DNA from: Oceanispirochaeta sp.
Lineage (GTDB): Bacteria; Spirochaetota; Spirochaetia; DSM-2461
DNA: 64,000 nt
NCBI GenBank assembly: GCA_963666275.2
Contig: CAXXOA010000001.1
Location: forward strand, 2,208,001 to 2,272,000
Direction of reading: 5' to 3'
The notes below the pieces were generated by a model. It saw only the letters and a program-made list of their open reading frames with translations, ran no database searches and was not told the DNA's origin. The translations under genes and the position numbers were made by a program. This document shows positions 17,755 to 27,677 of the stretch, one piece after another. Numbering within the stretch: position 1 is the stretch's first letter; every line of letters starts with the position of its first letter.

Positions 17755-18560
17755 CACTGCTCTTCCTGTGCCTTCTGTTCTTCGATCTGCATCTCCAGAT
17801 CCGCCAGTTTTACCTGCAGAGCCTGAAGACTCTTTTCCAGACGCTTTTTCTGGGATTCCAGCTTTTTCAGGGTCATAACCGGTTCGGGCTTCTCCTTGCG
17901 GATAGCCTGTTTTACCTGATCCTGACTCTGGCCTTCCTTGAACGCACTCTCCAGCTCCTTCCGTTTCTGGGGTTCTTTCACAGAGGCGACGATTTTCATA
18001 TTTTCGTAACCGATCTCGGGGTCCACATCCATGGCGTAGACCTTCATAATCGATTTGGCCGAGTTCCGGTTCATCCCTAAAGCCCGGTCGACATAGTCTT
18101 CAAAAATGGCATGTTTCTGCTGGCACAGATCCAGGGCCTGAATCAGCAGTTTGCCGAAGTCTTTCATAACCTTGCCGTTGACAGACATGTACTTGTCCCG
18201 GATCTCCTGTGTGAGATCCCTGAACCGGGGATCCTCTTCAAATACATTGATATAGATTCCCTTCTCTTCCGCTACTTTCAGAAGGTTGTGGAAAATATCC
18301 CAGAAAAGGATGGTATGGGACCGCATGGTCACCTCCCCTTCGTGGCGGGTAAACTGAATATGGTGGGCAAACTCATGGATTGCCGTATAGACAAGGGCAT
18401 TATCATCGGTGAAATTTTTATTGTGAATGATAATTTCCTGCTTTTCCGGATGGTAGAGACCATCCACTTTTTTGCTGTTTTTCCCTGAAAATACAACAGA
18501 AAAATCGACCACTTCCGAATCTATCTGCAGCAGTTTTTCTTTTACCTGGTCCTGATTCAT
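17754..18560 (-). CDS. Hypothetical protein with an HEXXH zincin (SprT-like) motif and a C-terminal coiled coil
   Basis: TAIHEFAHH...H...FW; stop/start overlap with udk. Confidence 0.7.
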   Translation of the reverse strand: MNQDQVKEKLLQIDSEVVDFSVVFSGKNSKKVDGLYHPEKQEIIIHNKNFTDDNALVYTAIHEFAHHIQFTRHEGEVTMRSHTILFWDIFHNLLKVAEEKGIYINVFEEDPRFRDLTQEIRDKYMSVNGKVMKDFGKLLIQALDLCQQKHAIFEDYVDRALGMNRNSAKSIMKVYAMDVDPEIGYENMKIVASVKEPQKRKELESAFKEGQSQDQVKQAIRKEKPEPVMTLKKLESQKKRLEKSLQALQVKLADLEMQIEEQKAQEEQ

Positions 18561-18710
18561 ATAATATCCTTCACTCCAGCCCCTTTCAAACGGATCAAAC
18601 CTGTTATCAGGGGTATTTTTCTCATCGAATTTTGTCCTTACTCTAATGGGTCAGCTCCGATTTGTCCAGATCTCTGGTAACCCTCAGTGGAGCTGTGATA
18701 GTATCATTTC

Positions 18711-20600
18711 ATGAATTTGATATCCGTGGACAAACTGACCATTAGCAAAGGAGGTCGCATCCTTGTGGAGGATGCTTCCTTCGGTATAGATACGGGGGAT
18801 AAAATTGCCCTGATTGGAACAAACGGCTCGGGAAAATCCAGCCTTATCAAGGTGCTGACGGGCAGAGACAACCCCGACGGAGGCACTGTATCCACCAATA
18901 ACGACCTCTATCTGAGCCAGGTGGAACAGCATCCCGCCTTCGAAGACAATGAAACCATTATGGACTTTATTTTCAGGGATGCCTCTCCCCAGATGGCCCT
19001 GGTCCGGCAGTACGAAACCGTTACATCCCGTATGGAGTCGGGAGATGTCTCGGAAGAGATTATGGAGAGCTTTCATGACCTTACCGATCAGATGGAAAAA
19101 CAGGGCTGCTGGGAGCTGGAGAGCCGGGTAAAATCCCTCTTAAGCGAACTTTCTCTTCATGACTTCACCTCTCCCATGAATGTCCTTTCCGGCGGTATGG
19201 TTAAAAAAGCCGCTCTGGTCAGGGCGCTTGTACAGGATTCGAACCTCCTGATTCTGGACGAACCCACAAACCATCTGGACATTCCCACCATTGAATGGCT
19301 GCAGGAGTATCTGAACAAGATGGATCAGGCTGTGATTCTTGTTACCCATGACAGGTATTTCCTTGAGAGGATCTGTACAAGGATTCTTGAAATTGATGAT
19401 CAGGGAATCTATCAGTACAAGGGCAACTACAGTCAGTATCTGGAACAGAAAGCCATACGGCAGAATATTGAAGAGAGGCGTCAGGCCCGGATCGAATCGA
19501 TCCTTCGAAAGGAGCTGAAGTGGATTTCCAGGGGGCCCCGGGCCAGAGCCGGGAAGGACAAACTCCGGACAGCCAACTACTACAACCTGATGGATCAGCA
19601 GGTTACTGATCAGGTGGCGGGAGCCGAGTTTTCCTCCTCCTACAGACGGCTGGGAAAGAAGATCCTCCATCTGAAAAAAATCGAATTCTCCTATGGGGAG
19701 AAGAAGGTTATCAATCCCTTTACCTACCAGTTCCGGCGGGGAGAAAGGATCGGACTGATAGGCCCCAACGGATCGGGCAAGACAACTTTTCTGAATCTGA
19801 TCAGCGATAGGCTGCAGCCCGATACAGGGAGCATCGATACAGGGATCAATACACATTTCGGATACTTTGACCAGACAGGAACGGTTCTGGAGGGGGATCA
19901 GAAGGTCATCGACTATCTCACAGAGTATGCCGAAACCATCACTCTGGCCGACGGTTCCCGTCTGAGCCCGTCTCAGCTGCTGGACCGCTTCCTCTTTCCC
20001 AAGTCGCTCTATTATACGCCGATCAAAGACATTTCCGGAGGTGAGAGACGGCGGCTCTACCTGATCAGGATCCTTCTGACCAATCCGAACTTCCTGCTCT
20101 TTGACGAACCTACCAATGACCTGGACCTGCAGACCCTGACCATGCTGGAAGAGTACCTGCAGGACTTTCCCGGATGTGTGGTTCTTGTCTCCCATGACCG
20201 GTATTTTCTGGACAGGGTGACTGACTTTCAGTTTGTTTTTGACGGATCCGGCAATATCCGGGGCTATGCGGGTAACTACTCGGACTACAAGTATGCCGAA
20301 GAAGAGGAGGAATCCCGGAAAAAACAGGAGTCCCGCCAGCAGAAAAGCGAAACAAAGCAGAAAGTGAAGACCGAGAAACCCCGGAAACTCTCCTATAAGG
20401 AAAAGAAGGAGTTTGAATCTCTGGAAGAGGAGATCATGATCCTGGAAGAGGAGATAGAGTCACTGGAAAAAACCTTCTCTGCCGCCGGATTCGGCGGTGA
20501 AGAGAGTGCGGAGAAGGTCAAAGAGTACAACAGCAAGAAAGAACTGCTTGATTATAAGTATTCCCGCTGGGAAGAGCTGGGAGCTCTGGATCAGAGCTGA
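18711..20600 (+). CDS. ABC-F family ATPase (Uup-like)
   Basis: Two ABC domains (GTNGSGKS, GPNGSGKT, two DEPTN motifs), no transmembrane segments, C-terminal KLSYKEKKE coiled coil. Confidence 0.93.
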   Translation: MNLISVDKLTISKGGRILVEDASFGIDTGDKIALIGTNGSGKSSLIKVLTGRDNPDGGTVSTNNDLYLSQVEQHPAFEDNETIMDFIFRDASPQMALVRQYETVTSRMESGDVSEEIMESFHDLTDQMEKQGCWELESRVKSLLSELSLHDFTSPMNVLSGGMVKKAALVRALVQDSNLLILDEPTNHLDIPTIEWLQEYLNKMDQAVILVTHDRYFLERICTRILEIDDQGIYQYKGNYSQYLEQKAIRQNIEERRQARIESILRKELKWISRGPRARAGKDKLRTANYYNLMDQQVTDQVAGAEFSSSYRRLGKKILHLKKIEFSYGEKKVINPFTYQFRRGERIGLIGPNGSGKTTFLNLISDRLQPDTGSIDTGINTHFGYFDQTGTVLEGDQKVIDYLTEYAETITLADGSRLSPSQLLDRFLFPKSLYYTPIKDISGGERRRLYLIRILLTNPNFLLFDEPTNDLDLQTLTMLEEYLQDFPGCVVLVSHDRYFLDRVTDFQFVFDGSGNIRGYAGNYSDYKYAEEEEESRKKQESRQQKSETKQKVKTEKPRKLSYKEKKEFESLEEEIMILEEEIESLEKTFSAAGFGGEESAEKVKEYNSKKELLDYKYSRWEELGALDQS

Positions 20601-21814
20601 TCCTTCCACTCCCGCCATTTCAGAATGATAGAATCACGTAGCTGCTGGAATATATTGCCTTTTGGAATATCCACACCGGCCAGTACGGGAAGCTCCGCCA
20701 GCTTGACTGACCCCAGATAGTAGGAGACACTGCCGATCTGCTGATCCTCTGCCACCGGGGCAGTGATCATCTCCTGCAGATCCACCTTCATAAAGACCGC
20801 GGACTCTTCTGATTCTTTGAGAAAAGCCTCGGCTCTGTGATCAATAACAGGGGTCAGAAACTGGCTCCCGCCCTTCCATATCCGCTGTTCGGTCAGGACA
20901 GGCTGAGTCAGTTCGGTATTATCATAGTTGTCATAGCCGTAATCCAGCAGGAGAGCCGACTCTTCGGCCCTCCGGACAATCCCCTGAAAATAGGACTCCG
21001 TATGAACCCCCATAATCACAGAGATCAGCCTGGTCCCCTCACGCAGAGCGGTTCCTGTAAAGTTAAAACCCGATTCATCGATATATCCGGTTTTCAGGCC
21101 GTCAATGCCTTCATAGTCTCCCAGGAGCCTGTTGGTGTTGGTCTTCCTCCGGGGAACCTGTATCCTGTAGGTCAGGTCCTCCCTCAGATTTTCTGGGAGC
21201 GGATACATCATAAAGGGTACTGAATGGAGCTCCTCCAGAGCTTCCGGATAGTCCTGGATGTAGAATCGTGCCAGCCGGGCGTATTCCTCGGCTGTCACCA
21301 GGTTCAGCTCGCTCCAGCCGTCGGGATCCACAAAAAAAGAGTGTTCCAGCCCCAGCTGATCGGCCTTTTCATTCATTTTCCGGACGAAGGCTCCCACGCC
21401 CGGGCCGATCAGATCAGCCAGGGCATAGGCCGCATCGTTGCCCGATGCGACGGCCAGCCCCTTCATAAGATCCAGAACGGTGACCTCCTGGCCCTCTTCC
21501 AGCCCCATCAGGGATGACCGGGGCGGCCGGGAGAAGGAGGAACCTTTTTCGTCTATAGTAATGATCTGCCCTTTCTGGAGGGTGCCGTCGGAAAGGGCAT
21601 CATAGGCCAGATAAAGGGTCATCACTTTGGCCATCGAGGCGGGAGGTATGGGCAGATCTCCCTCCCGTTCATAAAGGATCCGTCCTGTATCAAACTCCAT
21701 GAGAACCGCAGACCGGGCGATGAGCTGTTCTTCGGGAAATTCCTGTGCCAGAAGGCCGGAAAAAGAAAGAACAGCCAGAAACGCAAGAAGAAAAGTCTTT
21801 TTCCCTCTGATCAT
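20591..21814 (-). CDS. dacA: D-alanyl-D-alanine carboxypeptidase (S11)
   Basis: PASMAK (SxxK), SGNDAA (SxN) and GLKTGY motifs; signal peptide. Confidence 0.9.
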   Translation of the reverse strand: MIRGKKTFLLAFLAVLSFSGLLAQEFPEEQLIARSAVLMEFDTGRILYEREGDLPIPPASMAKVMTLYLAYDALSDGTLQKGQIITIDEKGSSFSRPPRSSLMGLEEGQEVTVLDLMKGLAVASGNDAAYALADLIGPGVGAFVRKMNEKADQLGLEHSFFVDPDGWSELNLVTAEEYARLARFYIQDYPEALEELHSVPFMMYPLPENLREDLTYRIQVPRRKTNTNRLLGDYEGIDGLKTGYIDESGFNFTGTALREGTRLISVIMGVHTESYFQGIVRRAEESALLLDYGYDNYDNTELTQPVLTEQRIWKGGSQFLTPVIDHRAEAFLKESEESAVFMKVDLQEMITAPVAEDQQIGSVSYYLGSVKLAELPVLAGVDIPKGNIFQQLRDSIILKWREWKDQL

Positions 21815-23103
21815 GAATTGTCCGTATTATTAAAATGGGCTTTAAAAACTTTGATCATGTCCAGATGATCCTGTATTCCCGCAGTCTCCCGAATGCTGTG
21901 CATACTCCACAGAGGGTTTCCCACATCCACCGCGGGGATTCCCAGACGGGCGGCGGCGATGGGCCCCAGAGAGCGCCCTCCCCTGACATCCGACCGGTTC
22001 AGATAGGTTTGACAGGAAACCCCTGCCCGGGAACAGAGTTCCCTGAATTCCGCAGCTGTTTCGCCTGTGGAGGCGTAGCTCCAGTTGGCATTGAACTTGA
22101 CCACCGGCCCTTTATTGAGCAGAGGAACGGCATTTTCATCGTAGAGATGGGTAAAATTGGGATGCAGACCATGGGCCTGGTCGGCGGAAATCATAAAAGA
22201 AGACCTGCCTGAACGCAGAAAATCCTCCCGGCTGCCTCCGGAGGCCAGAACGATCCTTTCCAGAATCTGTTCCAGAAAGGAGGAATCCGCCCCATGGGGT
22301 GTAAGGCTGCCCATCTCCTCGTTATCGAAAAGCGCGGCCACAGAGACGGCTTTTGATTTTCCCGCCTCTTTCAGAGCTGTCAGAGCGGCATGACACATAC
22401 CCAGATTATCAATCCGTCCGGAAGTGAAGTAACTTCCCTGCCATCCGGCTCTTTCAGCCCCCATGGTATCGCAGACCAGAAGATCCGCTTCCAGGATACT
22501 GTCGGCGGCAATCCCTTCTTCCCCGGCAATCAGGCTGTAGAGACTCTCGGATCCCTCCTTTACAGGTTCGCCCAGCAGAAGAGAGAGATGGGTCTGGGGA
22601 TTATAGTCAAACCCCTTGTTCAGTTCCCGGTTCAGATGGATCGGAGGATTGGGAATCAGGCAGGAGGCGCCCTCTTTTTTATAGAGCCGGGATTCCAGCC
22701 CTGAGGACGTTCTGACAATCAGACGCCCCGCTATGGTCAGATTCCTGTCCAGCCAGGTGGAAAGGATAGGACCTCCCAGAACTTCCAGACCCGCTTTCAA
22801 CACTCCACTCTGAAGGGAGAGGGTATCTCCTTTCAATCGGAACCCGGGACTGTCCGTATGGGCTGCGATCAGCCTGAAGCCTTCATCGGAAGGCCGGAGC
22901 TCACCCGTGTGAAAAGCAATCAGGCTGCTTCCGTTCCGGACCACATAGTAGCCGGTCTGAGGTTCCAGATTCCAGGAAAGGGATTCATCCAGCTTTTTAT
23001 ACCCTGAAGATTCCAGAATAACCGAAGCCTCTGCCGCCCCGTGAAAGGGGGTCACAGAGGCATCCAGAAAGTGAAAAAGATCTTTAATGATTGTATCGCT
23101 CAT
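21811..23103 (-). CDS. M18 family aminopeptidase
   Basis: AHTDSP, STWLDRNL, RIDNL, FDNEEMGS, SADQAH..HPN and SMHSIRE motifs. Confidence 0.93.
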   Translation of the reverse strand: MSDTIIKDLFHFLDASVTPFHGAAEASVILESSGYKKLDESLSWNLEPQTGYYVVRNGSSLIAFHTGELRPSDEGFRLIAAHTDSPGFRLKGDTLSLQSGVLKAGLEVLGGPILSTWLDRNLTIAGRLIVRTSSGLESRLYKKEGASCLIPNPPIHLNRELNKGFDYNPQTHLSLLLGEPVKEGSESLYSLIAGEEGIAADSILEADLLVCDTMGAERAGWQGSYFTSGRIDNLGMCHAALTALKEAGKSKAVSVAALFDNEEMGSLTPHGADSSFLEQILERIVLASGGSREDFLRSGRSSFMISADQAHGLHPNFTHLYDENAVPLLNKGPVVKFNANWSYASTGETAAEFRELCSRAGVSCQTYLNRSDVRGGRSLGPIAAARLGIPAVDVGNPLWSMHSIRETAGIQDHLDMIKVFKAHFNNTDNS

Positions 23104-23112
23104 GAATTAAAA

Positions 23113-23814
23113 TCAGTCTCTCCGTCCGAGGATTCTCAGTATAAAAAGGAACATGTTGATGAAATCCAGATAAAGTTTCAGAGCTCCCAGAATGGAAAGC
23201 TTCATAAAGGTATCGTTGTCGCTGCTGTAGCTCATCTGACGGCTCATATTTTTAATCATCTGTGTATCGTAGGCGGTAAGACCTGTAAAAAGGAGAACAC
23301 CTGCATAGGAGATGATATAGTCCATACCGGGGCTTCTGAGGAACATATTGATCAGGGACGCCGCGATCAGGCCGATCAGCCCCATGAAAAGGTAATGGCC
23401 CATGCCGGACAGGTCCCTTTTGGTGGAGACCGCATAAAGACTCATGGCTCCGAAAAGAGTCGCTGTGGCGAAAAAGGCATTATAAACGGTCCCCAGACCG
23501 TAGACCAGAAAAATACTGGACATATTGATGCCGTTCAAGGCCGCATAGACAGCAAAACTGATCATAGCCGACCGGACTGGCATCTGCATAATCCGGGCGG
23601 ACAGGCGGAAGACAAGTACCAGCTCGGCAATAATCAGTCCGAACATCAGCATGGGGTTTCTGATAACCTGATAGAACAGAGCTGTTCCGACGAATCCCCG
23701 GGCGACCACGGCCGTCAGGAATAGACCTGCGGTCATCCAGAGGTAGACATTTTTCAGTATGGTTCGTTCCTGAACAGCCGCCTGTGTACGGGTATTCTTA
23801 AAAGCATCACTCAT
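23113..23814 (-). CDS. Bax inhibitor-1/YccA family membrane protein
   Basis: VYLWMTAGL, TKRDLS, LTAYDTQ.IK and GAL.LYLDFIN.F motifs; AAGGAG before ATG 23814. Confidence 0.92.
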   Translation of the reverse strand: MSDAFKNTRTQAAVQERTILKNVYLWMTAGLFLTAVVARGFVGTALFYQVIRNPMLMFGLIIAELVLVFRLSARIMQMPVRSAMISFAVYAALNGINMSSIFLVYGLGTVYNAFFATATLFGAMSLYAVSTKRDLSGMGHYLFMGLIGLIAASLINMFLRSPGMDYIISYAGVLLFTGLTAYDTQMIKNMSRQMSYSSDNDTFMKLSILGALKLYLDFINMFLFILRILGRRD

Positions 23815-23950
23815 TGTTAAATCTCCTTGTAAGCTCATGTGAGAGCCGGTAATGGATAAATATATTTCTTAAATTGCAGTTAAAATATACTCATAATTAT
23901 AAAAAAAGCAAAGCAGCGAAAGGTTTCACACTCTATAAAAGGATTTTCAG

Positions 23951-23979
23951 TTGACAGATGCTCTGTTTTTCGTGAGAAT
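23951..23979 (+). promoter_or_regulatory. Putative sigma70 promoter of the ABC operon
   Basis: TTGACA-N17-GAGAAT. Confidence 0.5.
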
Positions 23980-24019
23980 GGTTACATGTTTCTACGCATA
24001 AGAACAAGGAGAAAAGTCA

Positions 24020-25054
24020 ATGAAATCTGCTACTTTGAAAATAACCGGTATTTTTCTATTATTACTGGTCCTGTTTGCAGGATGCTCCAAAACAGATGAA
24101 AGTGCTTCTGAACCGCAGGCTGCGTCAGAAGAGAAAGCCCCGGCTCCGGAACCCCTTAAAATTGGAATTACCAAAATTGTGGCTCACCCCGCACTGGATG
24201 CCCTGGAACAGGGTGCTGTGGAAGTGATCAAAGAGACCTATCCGGATGCCCAGTTCGATCTGCAGAACGCCAACGGAGAAATGTCGACAGCCACCTCGAT
24301 TGCCCAGAAATTCAAGGCCGACAAAGTGGATCTTGCCATCGGTATTGCCACCCCTACAGCACAGGCCCTTGTGAATACAATCAAAGACACTCCCATCCTC
24401 TATTCAGCGGTAACCGATCCCGTGGATGCAGGCCTGGTAGACAGCTATGACCAGGGCGGTGCCAATGTAACAGGTATCTCCGACATGACCCCCGTAAAAG
24501 ACCAGATCAAACTGCTGTCAACACTGACAGATCTTAAAACTCTGGGACATATATACACTTCCAGCGAAGCCAATGCTGTCCGTCTTGCAGAGATGGCGGA
24601 AGAAGCCTGTGCAGAACTGGGAATAGAGTTTATAGGAACCACCGTATCCAACTCGGCAGAAGTAAAACAGGCCGCCCAGACCATCGTCGACAAGGTTGAC
24701 GGTCTTTATATCAGCACGGACAACACTGTGGTTTCCGCCCTGGCCGCTGTCACAGATGTAGCCAACAGAGCGGGAAAACCCCTGATGTCTGCCGACCCCA
24801 GTTCGGGAGCGGACAACGATGTTCTCATCGCCTGGGGATTTGACTACTACAAAATGGGAAAAGCCGCCGGAAGAATGGCTGTGGAAGTCCTTCAGGGTAA
24901 AAAAACAAGCGATATCCCCACGATGTTCATGACAAGCGTGGATGACATCGATCTGCTGATCAACCTGGATGTGGCCAAACAGCTGGGAATAACCTTTCCC
25001 GACGACCTGATTGCCAAAGCCGCCACTGTGATCGAAAACGGAGCCATAAGGTAA
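24020..25054 (+). CDS. ABC transporter substrate-binding lipoprotein (aromatic amino acid / TrpX-like family)
   Basis: Lipobox FAGC; HPALD, IATPTAQA, AVTDPV.AGLV, NVTGISD and TDNTVVS motifs. Confidence 0.9.
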   Translation: MKSATLKITGIFLLLLVLFAGCSKTDESASEPQAASEEKAPAPEPLKIGITKIVAHPALDALEQGAVEVIKETYPDAQFDLQNANGEMSTATSIAQKFKADKVDLAIGIATPTAQALVNTIKDTPILYSAVTDPVDAGLVDSYDQGGANVTGISDMTPVKDQIKLLSTLTDLKTLGHIYTSSEANAVRLAEMAEEACAELGIEFIGTTVSNSAEVKQAAQTIVDKVDGLYISTDNTVVSALAAVTDVANRAGKPLMSADPSSGADNDVLIAWGFDYYKMGKAAGRMAVEVLQGKKTSDIPTMFMTSVDDIDLLINLDVAKQLGITFPDDLIAKAATVIENGAIR

Positions 25055-25092
25055 GCAGAACCCCCTGAGGGAAAAGAAAAAGTAAAACCCCG

Positions 25093-25121
25093 CGGGGCTG
25101 GTGGAAACCAGTCCCGTTTTT
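25093..25121 (+). terminator. Intrinsic terminator or attenuator after the binding-protein gene
   Basis: CGGGGCTGG-TGGAAA-CCAGTCCCG followed by T5. Confidence 0.65.
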
Positions 25122-25211
25122 CATGTAAGATGATTTCCTGACAGTTACTACAACTGTCAGGTAACCATCTTATATAGATAATTCTGTATGTAAAATGAGA
25201 AAGAGGAATAT

Positions 25212-26126
25212 ATGATTGAAGGTATTTTAGTTGAAGGACTGATATACGGAATCCTGGCTCTGGGAGTGTTTATTACATTCCGGATACTGGATTTTCCCGA
25301 TTTGACCGTTGACGGCAGTTTTCCTATGGGAGCGGTTATAACAGGCAGCTGTCTGACCGCAGGGGTTCACCCCCTCCTGAGCATTCTGATCGCATTTGCC
25401 GGAGGCTGCCTGGCCGGTATGGTCACGGCGATGATCCACAATAAACTGAAGGTTCCCAACCTTCTGGCGGGTATCCTGACCATGACCATGCTCTATTCGG
25501 TGAATATCCGGATCCTGGGCAACAGAGCCAATCTGCCTCTGATGAAGACCAGAACCATTATTACCGATGTGATGGGAATGACCGAGTCATTTCTCGGCTA
25601 CAGCGGAACTCTCCTTCTGTTTTTCCTTATTGTGTTTTTCCTTGTGAAGATCCTTCTGGATCTCTTTTTCCTGACCGATATGGGGCTCTCACTGGGTGCC
25701 ATGGGTAACAACGAGCAGATGGTAATTACCCTGGGGGTGAATCCGGAAGTTATGAAACTGATCGGTGTTGGTCTTTCCAACGGACTGGTTGCCACGGCCG
25801 GCGCCTTTGCCGCTCAGTATCAGGGCTTTGCCGATGTCAACCTGGGGCAGGGAATCGTCGTACAGGGCCTGGCCATGGTTATGCTGGGAGAGTTTATCCT
25901 GTCTTCCAACAAAATCTATATACTCACCTTCAGAGTTCTTCTGGGAGCGATCCTTTTCAAGGCCATCATGTATTTCGGACGCTACTACGGATACTACATC
26001 CATCTGACCCCCAACGACCTGAAGCTGATCACGGGACTCCTGATTATCCTCTCCCTCTACCTTTCCCGGTTTAAGAATACCAATATAAAACAGCTAGTAA
26101 TGACAGCAGTGGGAGGCAGGAAATAA
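25212..26126 (+). CDS. ABC transporter permease
   Basis: FRILDFPDLTVDGSFP, LLAGILTMTMLYS.N and QYQGFADVN.G.G motifs; hydrophobic. Confidence 0.92.
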   Translation: MIEGILVEGLIYGILALGVFITFRILDFPDLTVDGSFPMGAVITGSCLTAGVHPLLSILIAFAGGCLAGMVTAMIHNKLKVPNLLAGILTMTMLYSVNIRILGNRANLPLMKTRTIITDVMGMTESFLGYSGTLLLFFLIVFFLVKILLDLFFLTDMGLSLGAMGNNEQMVITLGVNPEVMKLIGVGLSNGLVATAGAFAAQYQGFADVNLGQGIVVQGLAMVMLGEFILSSNKIYILTFRVLLGAILFKAIMYFGRYYGYYIHLTPNDLKLITGLLIILSLYLSRFKNTNIKQLVMTAVGGRK

Positions 26127-26917
26127 TGATTGAACTGAAAGATATCAATATGATTTTCGGTGAAGGGACTCCCAACCGGAACCATGTGCTGAGAGATGTG
26201 AACTTCCATGTGAAACAGGGGGATTTCATTACCATTGTAGGATCCAACGGAGCGGGAAAAACAACCCTCTACAATGCGATTTCCGGTCACTATCCCGTGA
26301 CTTCCGGAGAAGTCCTTTTCAATGGTTCGGATGTAACAAGAATGCCCGAATACAAAAGGGCCGGCTTTATAGGAAGGATCTTTCAGGATCCTCTCCTGGG
26401 AACCGCGGGAAACATGTCCATTGAAGACAATATGGTCATTGCCGCCTATAAGGGCATGAAAAAGATCCGGAAAACTCTGAACAGAAAAAAAAGGGAACAG
26501 TTCAAAGAGCTCCTTGTTCAGCTTGAAATGGACCTGGAATCCCGCCTTAAAAACAACGTGGCCCTCCTTTCGGGAGGCCAGAGACAGGCACTGACTCTGC
26601 TTATGATGGTTATGTCCAAACCGGAGCTGATCCTTCTGGATGAGCACACAGCCGCTCTGGACCCGCGGAATGCCGCCAAGGTGATGGAACTGACTTTCAA
26701 GTTTATTAATGAATACAACCTGACGGCCATGATGATTACCCACAATATGCAGCATGCCATCGATTATGGTAACCGTCTGATCATGATGGACAAGGGAGAG
26801 ATCATCCTCGATGTGTCGGGAGAAGATAAAAAAGAGCTGACCGTTCAGAAACTTGTGAATAAATTTCATGAAATCCGCAAGGAAGATTTTCTAAACGACG
26901 AAGCCCTGCTATCATAA
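26126..26917 (+). CDS. ABC transporter ATP-binding protein
   Basis: GSNGAGKTT, LSGGQRQ and LLDEHTAALDP motifs. Confidence 0.94.
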   Translation: MIELKDINMIFGEGTPNRNHVLRDVNFHVKQGDFITIVGSNGAGKTTLYNAISGHYPVTSGEVLFNGSDVTRMPEYKRAGFIGRIFQDPLLGTAGNMSIEDNMVIAAYKGMKKIRKTLNRKKREQFKELLVQLEMDLESRLKNNVALLSGGQRQALTLLMMVMSKPELILLDEHTAALDPRNAAKVMELTFKFINEYNLTAMMITHNMQHAIDYGNRLIMMDKGEIILDVSGEDKKELTVQKLVNKFHEIRKEDFLNDEALLS

Positions 26918-26975
26918 ACGGGAATAGAACTATATTGGGATCTGTTCTGAAAAAAACAGATCCGGGAGGAATATT

Positions 26976-27419
26976 GTGGCAAAGAAAGTGGTACTGGCCA
27001 ATGATCACGGTGCAGTGGAGTTGAAAGAAGAGATCAAATCCTTTCTGGAAGCGGAAGGATATGAAGTGAATGATCTTGGTGTAGCCGCCGAAGAAGCGGC
27101 GGATTATCCTGACCAGGCTGAAAAAGCCTGCCGGGAGTACCTGAAAGGGGGGTACGAGTTCGGTATCGTATTCTGCGGAACAGGGATCGGAATATCCATG
27201 GCTGCCAATAAAATTGATGGTATACGCTGTGCTCTGCCCCAGAACAGCTTTGCCGCAGAGATGGCCAAGGTACATAACAATGCCAATATTCTTTCTTTCG
27301 GCGGAAGAATAGAGTACACGGACAGTGTCAAAGATATGGTCAAAACCTTTATGGACCATGATTTTGAAGGCGGCCGTCATGAACGCCGGGTCAACAAGAT
27401 CATGGATCTGGAAAAATAG
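26976..27419 (+). CDS. rpiB: Ribose-5-phosphate isomerase B
   Basis: NDHG, DYPD, CGTGIGISMAANK, HNNAN and FEGGRHERRV motifs. Confidence 0.93.
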   Translation: MAKKVVLANDHGAVELKEEIKSFLEAEGYEVNDLGVAAEEAADYPDQAEKACREYLKGGYEFGIVFCGTGIGISMAANKIDGIRCALPQNSFAAEMAKVHNNANILSFGGRIEYTDSVKDMVKTFMDHDFEGGRHERRVNKIMDLEK

Positions 27420-27434
27420 GCTGTGCTTCAGCTG

Positions 27435-27466
27435 AAAAAATCCCTGCGGCTGCAGGGATTTTTTTT
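27435..27466. terminator. Bidirectional intrinsic terminator
   Basis: A6-TCCCTGC-GGCT-GCAGGGA-T8. Confidence 0.8.
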
Positions 27467-27533
27467 GGCTCTCTATCCAACTGCCAGGGGATTCTCTCAT
27501 GAGAACGGCCTCTCCCCCTCTGTCCCTTTCTCC

Positions 27534-27677
27534 CCCTTCGGCTCCGCTCAGGGACCAAAAGGGCTGGTCGGAAGCCAGCTACCTGCTCGCCTATGCAGCC
27601 GTAGGAGACGGGGAAGTATGTTTATAAAATTTTATTTTGCTCCCCTCAACCCATGATCCCTGAGGGGAGCCGAAGGG
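27534..27677. repeat. REP/MITE-like element with 24-bp inverted arms enclosing copy B of the 52-nt element
   Basis: CCCTTCGGCTCCGCTCAGGGACCA ... TGATCCCTGAGGGGAGCCGAAGGG (22/24 complementary); related arms occur at 49276-49299 and 49635-49682. Confidence 0.75.

Noticed and set aside
14561..27612. Exactly 13,000-bp spacing of the two 52-nt elements
   Set aside because: A round number with no mechanistic meaning; treated as coincidence.
27423..27656. Short ORFs over repeat regions (also 14417-14629 and 49073-49297)
   Set aside because: They are translations of terminator or REP-like DNA without coding features.
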